DNA of 61,532 nucleotides, counting the filler. It is 6 parts of 6 records of this genome, joined end to end, with 100 filler letters (N's around TTAATTAATTAA, not from the genome) between each part and the next. Parts side by side here need not be neighbours in the genome. Positions count along the whole stretch, not along the records: positions 38,864 to 47,955 come from SRR31147125_20280; positions 48,056 to 54,266 come from SRR31147125_20312; 4 more parts are not named here. The stretch is one strand, 5' to 3'. The notes under the pieces were generated by a model. That model was given only the letters and a program-made list of their open reading frames with translations. It was not told where the DNA came from and made no database searches. The position numbers were made by a program, and so were the translations under genes. Below, piece by piece: positions 42,111 to 52,590 of the stretch (position 1 is its first letter; every line of letters starts with the position of its first letter).

Positions 42111-43166
42111 CTAATTGAGAATATTCCGTTTAATAAAAGTTTGTAAAGGCACAGAACCACAATTAATTTCCGCTTGGGAAATAATGCCGGATATAAAGTC
42201 ATTTGTTAGATTCTTTACAGTAGCCAAAACCATAATGCACTGTTTTCCATCAACAAGCTGCATAACCGGCTGTTTCATTTGAATGTTACCGGACAACGAA
42301 TCCATCATTCCATTTGTATTAAATATAACTTTTTCGCCCTCATTAATGTGAGCGGCTTTTTCCAAAGCAACCGGCATAAATGCAATTCCAGAATCGATAT
42401 TTGATAAAACGAAAAGTGTATCTGACGAAAACGATCTTTCAATCCGTCCATCAAAAGGAGCAATGATTGTATTTTGCGAATCAATTTGTTGCTGAAAAAA
42501 AGTCAGTTCATTTTCAACGGCGGTAATTTGCTCTTTTAACATGTTTATTTCTTCAGCTTTTTCGCCACTCAAACTCGATTCCAATTCGGCCTGCCGAACG
42601 TTAACAGCTTTGGAAAGCACGTTTAACTCGTCCTTTGCTGTTTGGTAATCTGCTTCAGCTATGAGATTTTTTTCATAAAGCGCCTTTAAACGTTCAACAA
42701 CTTTGTTCTGTTTTTCAAATTCAACCTTTGCTTGTGCAAGTCTTTCCTGGGCTTCACGCACAATCGTCTTTTTATCTCCACTTTTGTTCGCTTCAAGTGT
42801 TGCCGTTAAAACCTGCAACTCACCTTTTAACTTGATGAGATTTTCCTGCCGGCTGCTTGAATAAATAACGCCCAGTGTATCTCCCTTTTCCACAGTTTGT
42901 CCGTTTTCCAATGAAGGATCAATGTCCAGGATTATTGATTCTCCTCTTTCAAAAGAGTAAAGTCGGGAAGAATAATTCATACCGCTGATATTATTTTTTG
43001 TGTTTGTCAAAATTTCGCCATCATTTCCACGGGATAAAATCCATTGCTGTGCAGGCAATATTTTGGCAACGCTGTTTATTGCATAAGGGATTTTAACCGG
43101 CAAAAAGAAAATCCCAATCAGGACAAAACTTGCAGCAAGAATAATTAGGATTCGATTTACTTTCAA
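42111..43166 (-). CDS. HlyD-like membrane fusion protein
   Basis: N-terminal TM, NGQTVEKGDTL lipoyl half-motif, coiled coil, IIAPFDG. Confidence 0.75.
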   Translation of the reverse strand: MKVNRILIILAASFVLIGIFFLPVKIPYAINSVAKILPAQQWILSRGNDGEILTNTKNNISGMNYSSRLYSFERGESIILDIDPSLENGQTVEKGDTLGVIYSSSRQENLIKLKGELQVLTATLEANKSGDKKTIVREAQERLAQAKVEFEKQNKVVERLKALYEKNLIAEADYQTAKDELNVLSKAVNVRQAELESSLSGEKAEEINMLKEQITAVENELTFFQQQIDSQNTIIAPFDGRIERSFSSDTLFVLSNIDSGIAFMPVALEKAAHINEGEKVIFNTNGMMDSLSGNIQMKQPVMQLVDGKQCIMVLATVKNLTNDFISGIISQAEINCGSVPLQTFIKRNILN

Positions 43167-43228
43167 TTTTTCACCTTTCTTTGTTTGACATCCATAAAGA
43201 AATTTTATTCCAATCTTCTATTAATTAT

Positions 43229-43254
43229 GACGCCGTTTGTGAAGAAAATTTGCG
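43229..43254 (-). promoter_or_regulatory. Putative ECF promoter CGCA-N18-CGTC
   Basis: Minus strand CGCAaattttcttcacaaacggCGTC; two further copies in this contig. Confidence 0.6.
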
Positions 43255-43290
43255 CATAACTTTATACTAAATTTGCATTCGTGATAGAAT

Positions 43291-43324
43291 AAAAAAGCTT
43301 TTCATCTTTATGGACAAAGGGCTT
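43291..43324 (-). terminator. Rho-independent terminator
   Basis: AAGCCCTTTGTC...GATGAAAAGCTTTTTT (imperfect stem) after the DUF1566 gene. Confidence 0.5.
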
Positions 43325-43349
43325 GAAGTAGTGATGTATATAATGCTAT

Positions 43350-45446
43350 TTATTTCAATAATATCATCCGCCTCGTTTGCGAAAACGAACTGCTTTCCAA
43401 AGTATAAAAATAAGTTCCACTCGGCATATTAACTGCCTGCCATTGAAACTCATGATGTCCCTGCGAAAGTTGTTCGTCAACCAGCGTTGTTTGTAGTTGC
43501 CCAATCATGTTATAAATTTTTAGCGACACCTGGCTTGTGGAAGGTAAAGAAAACGAAATCGTCGTACTTGGATTAAACGGATTGGGATAATTTTGTCCCA
43601 ATTCAAATCCTTGTGGTTGGGAATTTTCATTTTCGCCAACACCAGTTTCCGTATCGGCATCTCGTACCAAACGGACATAATTATAAATTCTGACAGCATC
43701 GCCCTGTGGCCCACGGCCCTCTGAAAAATCATCGGGATTTCCTGTTTTGGGATCACTACGTTGAGAACCCGCTCCATGAATATCAATCCATCCATTCATA
43801 TTTCCTAAACTACGCCCAAAGGCAACATAGGCAGCAGCTCCTCCCGAGTTCATTGATGCATGCGTGGTGCTGCTCCAGTACCACGGATAATCAGCCTCAC
43901 CTGACTCGTTGGTGATTTGTGTACAATTAAAAAGCGGGTCTATAGCGGCAGAATTTGTTGTTGCCGGTGAGCGTGTATAATCGACAATACTTTGCAACTC
44001 TTTGGCATCGGGTAACCGCCAGTCAGAATAACCGGCAAATTCTTTACCTTCTGCATAAGCCAATGCATCCTGCCACAATACGCCTTCTCCGTTATCATCC
44101 TGCATCCACATTAATCCGGTTGCCTGATCGCTAATTGTACCATCACCGTTATCCACAAAATTGTTTATCCCATAAGATGTATTACCTCGAACCAGCAAAT
44201 AATCAAACGCTTTATCCTCGCTACCCATTTTTGTACCATAGCCTTTTATCCGGCCATCGGCAAAGTTTACACCGAATACTGTTTCTGGTACCTCGTTGCT
44301 GACATAAACATTCGTTGTAGCACATTGCATGTCAATCAACCGTTCACCGGCATCCAAATCACCATAAGCAAATTCAAAGGTTTCGTTGTCGATAAATGGG
44401 GTTAAACCAACGGTTGAAGTGCCTTCCGGGGATATATCTCTGCCGCTAAAAAGAATTAACGAATACATTTCTTTAATGGTCGGCAAACGCCAATCGTCAT
44501 AGCCGGCAAATGTAACTCCACCCTCAACAAGGGCAATTAACTCATTATAAGTAAGATTATCATCATAATTAATCTCACCGTCACCATTATGGTCGAAAGA
44601 TTGTTGCCACATTAAACCGGTTACCATGTCGGTTACTGTTCCGTCGCCATTGTCAACGTAATTTGGGGCATTTCCCGGATAGTGTGCATCCTGACCATAA
44701 AATGCCTCGCCCGATGATGGTTCGGAAATATTTGTGGTATTGTTAAAAAAAGTTGTTTGATTGGTACCGACTATTGGATATGTGTTCGTATAATCTCTTT
44801 CATCCAGGGTCAATACTGCTTCTTCAGACGTTGCGGAACCATAATCATTGCTTACCACACATCGATAGCTGCCAATATCGCCTTCAGCAAAAGAATTGAT
44901 TGTAAATGTTGAATTTGTCGCATCGGAAATATCGGCGCCATCTTTTTGCCATTGATAGCTAAGCGGATAGCTGCCATACGCACTCACAGAAAGCGTTACT
45001 GACCTGCCTGATAAAACAGACCTTGACTTTGGTTGGGCTGTGAGACTTGGAGGCGTATTCAGCAACTCCGTGACAGTAAACCCTCCCGTTATAGAAAAGA
45101 CAAGAGGTTCGGCTTTATCTGGCGGAGACATAAAAGTAATGGTTACGTCTTTAGCACCGGCAGCTTCATCAAATGGAATATCAAAAATAGCTGTTACGAT
45201 CGTATCATTCCGTGTCATTGAGGTTGAGCTGATGCTGCCAATCGTCGCACTCGATAACGGAGCATCCGGTGGAGGCATTTCCATGTCACCGGGATTTAGT
45301 GTGATGTAAACTGAGAGATCTGTAGCGCCTTGGGTCGCAGAATCGGGAACTACCGATGTTATAGTTTGGGCATTTGCTGCAAAAGTAAAAGCAAGCAAAA
45401 TAAAAATGCCAACATGAATGTGTTTTTTAATACTTTTTAGAACCAT
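43350..45446 (-). CDS. Secreted Ig-like + two DUF1566 (Lcl-C) domains + FlgD-Ig/T9SS-type C-terminal domain
   Basis: PLSYQWQKDG...YRCVVSN; two DNGDGTvtD..TGLMW...GYxDWRLP; QNYPNPFNPST. Confidence 0.9.
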   Translation of the reverse strand: MVLKSIKKHIHVGIFILLAFTFAANAQTITSVVPDSATQGATDLSVYITLNPGDMEMPPPDAPLSSATIGSISSTSMTRNDTIVTAIFDIPFDEAAGAKDVTITFMSPPDKAEPLVFSITGGFTVTELLNTPPSLTAQPKSRSVLSGRSVTLSVSAYGSYPLSYQWQKDGADISDATNSTFTINSFAEGDIGSYRCVVSNDYGSATSEEAVLTLDERDYTNTYPIVGTNQTTFFNNTTNISEPSSGEAFYGQDAHYPGNAPNYVDNGDGTVTDMVTGLMWQQSFDHNGDGEINYDDNLTYNELIALVEGGVTFAGYDDWRLPTIKEMYSLILFSGRDISPEGTSTVGLTPFIDNETFEFAYGDLDAGERLIDMQCATTNVYVSNEVPETVFGVNFADGRIKGYGTKMGSEDKAFDYLLVRGNTSYGINNFVDNGDGTISDQATGLMWMQDDNGEGVLWQDALAYAEGKEFAGYSDWRLPDAKELQSIVDYTRSPATTNSAAIDPLFNCTQITNESGEADYPWYWSSTTHASMNSGGAAAYVAFGRSLGNMNGWIDIHGAGSQRSDPKTGNPDDFSEGRGPQGDAVRIYNYVRLVRDADTETGVGENENSQPQGFELGQNYPNPFNPSTTISFSLPSTSQVSLKIYNMIGQLQTTLVDEQLSQGHHEFQWQAVNMPSGTYFYTLESSSFSQTRRMILLK

Positions 45447-45480
45447 TTTTTTCTCCTATTTAATTATCATTTGATATTTT

Positions 45481-45957
45481 TTATAATTCTTCCGTGTCCA
45501 AATAATTCTCATCTTCTTCATCCTCGGTCAATAACGAGATATCATCCTCTGGTGGCGAACCTTGAGGGCCTTTCGGAGGTGGCCCCTGAGGATGTGCACC
45601 TTTCATTTGTGAAGCATGTTCAGCGAATTCAGTCAATGTCTCTTCCAAATCGATACCAGCCTCTTCAGCAATGACTTTGAGGGTGTCACTGGCTTCTTCG
45701 GCCAGACTTTTCGCATCAAAATCATCGCTTTGCAACGCTTCAAAAATGCTTTCATGAAACTGTTTCAAATCACTCTGTACAGCTTTCCCTGATTCCTGAA
45801 CGGCAGAAAACAATTGGCCAAGCGAACTGATTTGTGTATCGAATGGCGGAGAAGTGGAAAAGCTGTTTTGTTCCTGCGGATCCTGGTGTTGTTTTGGTTG
45901 CATATTCATCGGGGCTTGGATTCCCTGTGTTCCGTTAATATTGTTTATGCCGTCCAT
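45481..45957 (-). CDS. Acidic, Pro-rich hypothetical protein (second half of fused ORF 45481-46407)
   Basis: AAAGGA SD before MDGINNING; QISSLGQLFS; GPPP tail. Confidence 0.55.
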   Translation of the reverse strand: MDGINNINGTQGIQAPMNMQPKQHQDPQEQNSFSTSPPFDTQISSLGQLFSAVQESGKAVQSDLKQFHESIFEALQSDDFDAKSLAEEASDTLKVIAEEAGIDLEETLTEFAEHASQMKGAHPQGPPPKGPQGSPPEDDISLLTEDEEDENYLDTEEL

Positions 45958-46012
45958 ACTATTTCCTTTCTTTTGCACTTTTGTAATTTCGTTTTTCAAC
46001 TTTTTATTGGAT

Positions 46013-46407
46013 TCATCTCTTCCTGCCAGGCCGGAGTCTGTGTTTTTCAAAAACGTGTCATATTGGACCTGTTGTTCCTCGCTTAAAACGGTTTTAACCT
46101 GATCTTCCAGCTTTTTATGTAACTGATCCATCGCTTCACGTCCTTTTTCCCTGTCATTTTTATTGTTTTGTATCACTTTTTTAGCCTCTTTAAAATGAGC
46201 AAAAAACAATGTGGACACCTGTGCTTTTTGTTCATCAGTCATGGATATCGCAACAGCCAGTTCATTCACCATTTCCACGATGCGACTGGAATCGGGTAAC
46301 ATGGGTGGGCGATGTTGTCCGGGTTGAGCCCAACCTGTGGTGGATAACAAGATAATTCCTGAAATCAGAATCAGAATCCCATGATACATTTTACTTTGCG
46401 TGTTCAT
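46013..46407 (-). CDS. Spy/CpxP-like periplasmic helical protein; frameshift at ~46051
   Basis: Signal ...GWAQP, MTDEQKAQV, VLSEEQQVQY; adding one A ends the gene as LKKHRLRPGRKR*. Confidence 0.6.
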
Positions 46408-46454
46408 AGGTTTCTCCTTTATTTATATGTATAGTGATTGCTTTTGATTATTGA

Positions 46455-46479
46455 GACGACGTAGAATGAAAAACATGCG
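46455..46479 (-). promoter_or_regulatory. Putative ECF promoter CGCA-N17-CGTC
   Basis: Minus strand CGCAtgtttttcattctacgtCGTC. Confidence 0.6.
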
Positions 46480-46506
46480 CAGTTTTTATGGATTTTGTTA
46501 ATTTAC

Positions 46507-46544
46507 AAAAAAAAAGCCCTTCATCCGTAACAGACAAAGGGCTT
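46507..46544 (-). terminator. Rho-independent terminator
   Basis: AAGCCCTTTGTC-tgttacg-GATGAAGGGCTT followed by T run. Confidence 0.75.
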
Positions 46545-46565
46545 AAAAATTTGATTTTTATATGA

Positions 46566-47117
46566 CTAATGTTTTACCGGAGGCCTTTGTTGAGGCGGCC
46601 CTCCATCAGGAGGTGGTGGAGGACCTCCTTTGGTTTCCATGTGTTGTGCACGGAAAAGTTCGTGCATGAGTAGTTGCAGCTTTTTCTGCTGCTCAGAGTT
46701 ACATATTTTTTTCAGATCCAGAAAATACTGAAAGGTTAATTTTTCGATTCGGGCCTGCTTTTCCTGCGCCAGATTTAAAAGAGAATCAGACAGCGTTGGC
46801 TGCGGATTATCCTGCAATACTTCATCAAACATCTGCTTTTTTATCTGCCGAACCTCTTCCTTTAACTGATCAGCTTGCTCTCTGAGCTTCCCCCGTATGA
46901 GGATAAATTGTTCGATTTGTGCTTTATCAAATCCAAGTTCATCTTTGAGCATTCGATGAACTTGCGCCCGCTCCTTCCCTGGACGTGGGGGACGCTGGAA
47001 TTCTGCCCGACGTGGCGGTCTACCGATCCACAGCATCACCAACATACTCACATTAAAGATAACCAGCAAAATGATCAATAAAAGCATGTAACGTTTTTGC
47101 TTAAAAATATCCATCAT
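46566..47117 (-). CDS. Periplasmic heavy-metal-sensor (ZraP/Spy/CpxP-like) protein
   Basis: TM with N, LKDELGFDKAQ, LKKICNSEQQKKL, poly-Pro tail. Confidence 0.75.
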   Translation of the reverse strand: MMDIFKQKRYMLLLIILLVIFNVSMLVMLWIGRPPRRAEFQRPPRPGKERAQVHRMLKDELGFDKAQIEQFILIRGKLREQADQLKEEVRQIKKQMFDEVLQDNPQPTLSDSLLNLAQEKQARIEKLTFQYFLDLKKICNSEQQKKLQLLMHELFRAQHMETKGGPPPPPDGGPPQQRPPVKH

Positions 47118-47123
47118 ACCTTC

Positions 47124-47450
47124 CTACTCGATAATGAAAAAATTACTCTCTTGATTCTCCAGGTTTAAATCACCGGCCAGGATGTCTATCAACTCCTCCC
47201 GGGAATCGGTTTGATATTGTTGATCGCCACCGCTCATGTACCAGAAAGCGGTGCCCAGGTTGACCACAACCAATACTGTAAGTAAGGCTGGTTTCAGAAT
47301 CGCAGAGTAAATGCTCCGCTTCCTGCGCCGTTCTTCCAACCGTGCCTGCAGGCGTGTGTAAAAATATGGGTTCGGTGGCAGCTTTTCCGCCGAATCAAAT
47401 AAATCCAGCGTCTTTTGGATTTCCTGTTCAATTTTTTCTTTTTTATTCAT
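47124..47450 (-). CDS. Putative anti-sigma factor
   Basis: Follows the ECF sigma; PNPYFYTRLQARL then a TM helix. Confidence 0.7.
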   Translation of the reverse strand: MNKKEKIEQEIQKTLDLFDSAEKLPPNPYFYTRLQARLEERRRKRSIYSAILKPALLTVLVVVNLGTAFWYMSGGDQQYQTDSREELIDILAGDLNLENQESNFFIIE

Positions 47451-47462
47451 TTCTTTCCTCAC

Positions 47463-47955
47463 CTATTTGGACGATATTTTTATCCAAAACATGCGGTGTT
47501 TATGTACTTTTTCAAAATAAAAGGTTAATCTCTTTTCAAGATTCTTTTTGGCGCGATGAATCAACGCCTCTACCGCAGTCAACGACATGTTCATTGTAGA
47601 AACAATTTCCTTATTAGTGAAACCTTCATATTTACTCAGAATAATGGCTTTTTTCTGGTTTTCAGGTAGCTTTTCAATTGCCCAATCCAGTATCTGTTTT
47701 CGTTCTTTATCTTCCAGTTCCTGCTGCGGATTACCCTCCGCAGGAAGCACAATTTCCTCTTTTTCCTCATGAATTCCAAACAAAGAAGTGAGTTGCGCAA
47801 AGCGCTTTTTACGCTTCTGCCTGCGCAGAAAATCCAGCGACTTGTTCACAGCAATACGATAGATCCATGTCGATAGCTCGGCGTCCTCACGGAAATGAGA
47901 CAACGATTCGTAAACCTGGATAAACACCTCTTGCGCCACATCATCCGCGTCTTCC
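47463..47955 (-). CDS. ECF sigma-70 factor, 5' truncated
   Basis: EDADDVAQEVF, FREDAELSTWIYRIAVN, LPENQKKAIILSKYEG, AVEALIHRAK. Confidence 0.92.
47470..47495 (-). promoter_or_regulatory. Putative ECF promoter CGCA-N18-CGTC between sigma and anti-sigma
   Basis: Minus strand CGCAtgttttggataaaaatatCGTC. Confidence 0.6.
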
Positions 47956-48055
47956 NNNNNNNNNNNNNNNNNNNNNNNNNNNNNNNNNNNNNNNNNNNNT
48001 TAATTAATTAANNNNNNNNNNNNNNNNNNNNNNNNNNNNNNNNNNNNNNNNNNNN
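47956..48055. other. Artificial contig-joining linker
   Basis: N run with TTAATTAATTAA. Confidence 0.98.
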
Positions 48056-48974
48056 CGCTATAATCAATTTTTTTATCAATCTCGAATGCTTTAGGGAAAT
48101 AGCTTGATCCTTCAGTCATGCCAGGAACTAAATTTGCTTCGATAAAATGACAAATACCCTCTTCATCCATTTTGATATCAATTCTTCCAAAATCTCTAAC
48201 GCCTAAAGCATCAAAACAATTCAGTGCTAGCTTTTCTAACTTAAATTTAAGTATCTCATCCGTCACCTTTTTGATTTTTTCAGTATTTTCAGTTTTTACT
48301 TTTTCACCGAGTATTCTGATATTATCTTTATTTTTAGGTGGAACAATTTCTATTGGGGCAACAATAATCGATTGTTTTACCTCGTTTTCTATAATCGCTA
48401 CTGTAAATTCTCGTCCTGATAAATATTTTTCAGCTAATACTACTTTCCCATACTTGCTGAACAATTTTTCAGACTTGTTCTTAAAATTTTTATAATCGTA
48501 AACCAACGACTCGTCATCAACACCATTGCCATTTGCGGCGTCTAGCGGTTTTAAGAAAATCGGAAAAGGTATTTTTATATCTTTTTCTAGCAAGAAATCG
48601 TCCTCAAACACAACATGAAATTCTGATGTCGCTAAACCTTTTTTAATTAATTGCTCTTTTGCTTTGATTTTATTTGAATCAAATTCTAGAACTTCTCTTT
48701 TTGATCCGGTATAATTCATATTTCCTTTTTCAAAATATTCAGACAGCCAAATCTTTTTATCGTTATCCACTTGCACATATTTCGATGCGAGTATAATGAA
48801 ATCAGGGAATTTATCAACAACCGCTTCTAAATCTTTTTCATCATTACATACTTTTATGTTAACATCAATAATGCTCTTTTTAAGTGCTTTTTTAACAGCC
48901 ATGCACGCTTTCATACCGCCAAAACCTGTTTCCCTCAATCCTTTGTTTCCAGTTGTTACAATTATTATTTTCAT
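48056..48974 (-). CDS. D-Ala-D-Ala ligase-like ATP-grasp enzyme, 3' truncated
   Basis: YTGS, NKIKAK, FPIFLKP, EKYLSGREFTV, GRIDIK, FIEANLVPGM. Confidence 0.85.
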
Positions 48975-49236
48975 AATAGATTTCTCCTTAGTTTTCTTTT
49001 AAAATAATGAAGCATTGTTGTAATTCGATTGGTTGAATCTGTAAAATAGGCGCGCCAAAACACATAGTTTGGAATTCGTCATACGCAGACTATGTAATGC
49101 ATGCCCTGTTGCTCCATTTTGTTGTGTAATCGTACATATTGCACAAATGGAAATTAAGTGTGTGAATTAAGATGTGTTTTATTCTTTGCTAAATAATTTA
49201 ACTATTTCTTCTTCTGTTCAAACCAGAATCTAATGC

Positions 49237-49443
49237 TTACTCCTTTATTAATGAAGTTCCTTTTGCAGTAATAATAAATCGCCTATCACCCCAGGCTGTT
49301 GTTTCTATGCATGTAATATATTTTTCATTTTCAACTTGCTTTATTTCTTTATCAGAAAAATCCTTGCCTCTAAGGTCAATATCAGCAATTTTACTGTTGG
49401 GTTTAAAGTAATAAAGCATTTTCTTTATTCTATCATTTTCCAT
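49237..49443 (-). CDS. Small hypothetical protein (winged-helix-like C-terminus)
   Basis: AGGAG SD before MENDRIKK; ends ITAKGTSLIKE. Confidence 0.45.
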   Translation of the reverse strand: MENDRIKKMLYYFKPNSKIADIDLRGKDFSDKEIKQVENEKYITCIETTAWGDRRFIITAKGTSLIKE

Positions 49444-50167
49444 AGTTACTCCTGTCTTCATAAACAATTGTCAATTTTTTTAATGGCACTCGTACATATT
49501 TTAAAGATTGGGTCATTAAATCGCCTAATTTGCGTATATTACCTGCAAACTAAGCGTGGTTATTCTTCAACCGATTTTCGCATTGAAAAATATTGTTCTT
49601 TTTTTGTTTTCTTTCAGTATTCTGTGAACTTGCATTTCGCCAAAATGATTGTTAAGAGCGGCGACTAAGAGGTGGTCTCTATTTATTTATTATTATATAA
49701 CATTATGCTATAAATAGCGAGCAATTTCGCGTTTACAATCTAATTGTCAATACTCTATTATAATATTGCTATTATAAACCAAAACTCTTCTGTTTCTCTT
49801 AGGAATAAGCGCGCTACCCCTTCCCCATAAAATCTCTGGAGTTACACCATTTATTAACTTATACTTCTCTTAAGCACTATTTAAAATTGTTATATCTTTT
49901 CTGTCCACCAAATACAAATAGTCACCTTGCGGTGACCTGAATTACTCAAAAGCATTTATACTGCTTCCGCTCAGAACTACATTACTGATATTTATTCTTA
50001 AGCGACCGCCTCGCTTTCCTCTTATAACCCACCACAATACATATGTTATTATGCAAACAAAATATCTCATCAATTACTTATGCTTGCCATTTGTAGATGT
50101 CAGAAGTATACTATTAATATAGCAACTAGATATTGCAACATAAAATTGTAATGTAAGGATAATTAAG

Positions 50168-51001
50168 TTGAGTTCCCAGCCTATTAACTTTGAAAGAAAA
50201 TACTATCTATCTGAACATCTGTATGCTACTACTGAAAGAAGTTACTCTAAATCTACTGAAAAAAGAATCTTTTCAGAAACTTCAGGCAGATGCCCTAAAT
50301 GCAAAAAGCCATTAAATTGGGTAGATTTTCAAGGAAATCAATCGTCTAGAGATAACCAAATTGCACATATTTATTCCAGAAAAGAATTTGAAAAATTTGG
50401 ATTACCTCTTAATCAACCTTATCATATTAATTCTTTAGATGAAATTGATAGCTATCATAATCTCGTTGTTTTGTGCGGCAAGTGTCATCCTGAATACGAT
50501 AATAACACAACTTATGAAGACTATACACTCCTTTTGAAGTTAAAAAAGTTATGGTACAATGCTGATATTAATGAATTGATATATGAATTATTTGACGATA
50601 CATTAAATGCAATTAAAAATAATTATTTAGATTCTATCTACTCTAATAGCCCAAACAACTACAATTACGACAAGATTTATCTACAAACAAAGTTAGATTA
50701 CAACAATATCACTGTGCCTCATCAAGTAGAAATAAAAACGGACATTACTAATTATTTTTTAACTATTCAAGAATGCATTGAGGAATATGAACGCAACTAT
50801 GGTAGTGTTGGGAGCATACTTAATGAGTTTAGAAATATTTATAATAAGTTAAAGCTTAAGTACTCCGATAAAAACAAGGTCATAAGAATACTTAAAAACT
50901 CAATTATACAGTCTATCGATGAAAGCTTAGATATTACAGCAATGATACTAATTTCTTATATGATTATGAAATGTGAGGTTCTAGATAATGCTCCCGAATA
51001 A
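50168..51001 (+). CDS. HNH endonuclease effector with ABC-three-component C-terminal domain (LmuA-like)
   Basis: CPKC...QIAHIY...NLVVLCGKCH; C-terminal ILISYMIMKCEV. Confidence 0.75.
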   Translation: MSSQPINFERKYYLSEHLYATTERSYSKSTEKRIFSETSGRCPKCKKPLNWVDFQGNQSSRDNQIAHIYSRKEFEKFGLPLNQPYHINSLDEIDSYHNLVVLCGKCHPEYDNNTTYEDYTLLLKLKKLWYNADINELIYELFDDTLNAIKNNYLDSIYSNSPNNYNYDKIYLQTKLDYNNITVPHQVEIKTDITNYFLTIQECIEEYERNYGSVGSILNEFRNIYNKLKLKYSDKNKVIRILKNSIIQSIDESLDITAMILISYMIMKCEVLDNAPE

Positions 51002-51179
51002 ATACATCCCTGTAAGCAAGTCGAAAATATATAAATCTTTAGAGTTCTATTATTCCTTTAATAATATGTTTATATTAATTAATGATGTAACATGTTACGA
51101 TCATATCGAGTATTTAACAATACTATTTGCACTCGGAAAAATAAAAGAAGTTGGAGAAGGAGTATACTATAGATGTTAG
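50988..51179 (+). CDS. ABC-three-component middle component (LmuC-like)
   Basis: 63 aa, MLPNKYI...S, LTILFALGKI; overlaps both neighbours. Confidence 0.7.
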   Translation: MLPNKYIPVSKSKIYKSLEFYYSFNNMFILINDVTCYDHIEYLTILFALGKIKEVGEGVYYRC

Positions 51180-52590
51180 ATTATATAAATGTTAACAACA
51201 GGATATTCCCTTTCAAAAATGGATTGAACTTAATTGTTTCCAAAGAAAATAGCCTGAGAATTAACAATATCGGAAAGACTTCTTTTATTCACCTATTACA
51301 ATTCATATATGGTCAGCCAAAAAAGCGTCAGTACTAACCAATATTTCTAATAGAATTATTGGTCAAAACAAACCTTTAAAAATAGAATGGAGTTTTATTA
51401 TCGATAATGCTGACTGGACTTTTTTCTATGATATAAAAGAGTATGATTTAATAAAATACAAAGAAGAATATATCACATTCGAGGAATATAGAAATATAGT
51501 AAATGATATATTAGATAATCAAATACGTGTTATTGCAAATAATTTTAACAAGGACTTTCTATTTATCAGACAATCTAGGGACAATATTAGACTTTCAGAT
51601 ATTTTCAATTATAGGAGTTCTACATATATTGCAATGTTTTTGCTAAAAATCCTCTTGCATGATGAAGAGAACAAAAGCGATTTAACAACAATTGAAAATT
51701 ATTATAAAAATGTTGCTAAAAGAAATAGTTATAGAAATATAAGAGGTAAGTATTATAAAGATTTAATTGAGGAGCTAGAGAATGCTAGTATTTTCAAAAA
51801 AAGTCGTGATATAAAACAGTTGAAAAAGAGATTAAGAAAACTCAAATCTGTTGCACCAGATAGTCCTAATATTCAAATAGTTGAAGAAATCAAACAAATC
51901 AAATTAGATGTTCCAATAGACAAAGTAGTTGAGTTTCATAACAAAGTAGTTGAAGATTACAATAGTATAATTGAAATCGAAAAATTAAGCCTTAAAAAAG
52001 AAATCGACACCTTAGAAAAAAGGCTCACTGATAGTTCAATAAATAATTACGATCAACTTGATATTAACATAGCAACAGAAATATCAGAGTATATGAATGA
52101 TCGACTCGTTGAATTGAAAGAAGAATATAATTCCGTTAAACAAACAATACAAAATCTAATTGATAAAGGTAATGAAATAATTAGTGAAAGCAATGAATTG
52201 TATAATAACTTCTTCCATAACAATACTATTCGATCTACTGCAGACAACTGTTTTGTTTTACCTCCTCTAAGAAATGAAATATCAGAGACTATGCGGTTTA
52301 AACAGTTGGTTAGCAATAATGGTAATGCGAATGACGAGATTAATAAGTTAATATTTAATGCTGTTGTATTAAAAAATAGTACTGTTAATATAGTTGCAGT
52401 TGATACTCTGCATTCAGCAGAAATAAAAGATGATATCAATGGTGTTTTAGAAATAATCAGTAATACTGTTGAAGAAAAACAATATTTGATGATGTTTTTT
52501 GGTAATGAAATTAATCAATCAAAATATAGCAAAAATATAATTGGAAAATTGGGTGCAGGTACGGATTCTTTGCTAGGATATGATATTTAA
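51173..52590 (+). CDS. SMC-like ABC ATPase (DUF2326/LmuB-like); frameshift at ~51322
   Basis: Unannotated N-terminus MLDYI...FKNGLNLIV...NNIGKTSFIHLLQFIYG joins ORF 51634-52590 when one A is added; coiled coil; VVEFHNKV; terminal LLGYDI. Confidence 0.7.

Noticed and set aside
45481-46407. 308-aa fusion protein in the ORF track
   Set aside because: An internal SD + ATG at 45957 and a one-base correction at ~46051 resolve it into two separate genes.
48980-49200. Riboswitch in the leader of the Ddl-like gene
   Set aside because: Only one modest stem (ACATAGT/ACTATGT) and no recognisable aptamer consensus or terminator.
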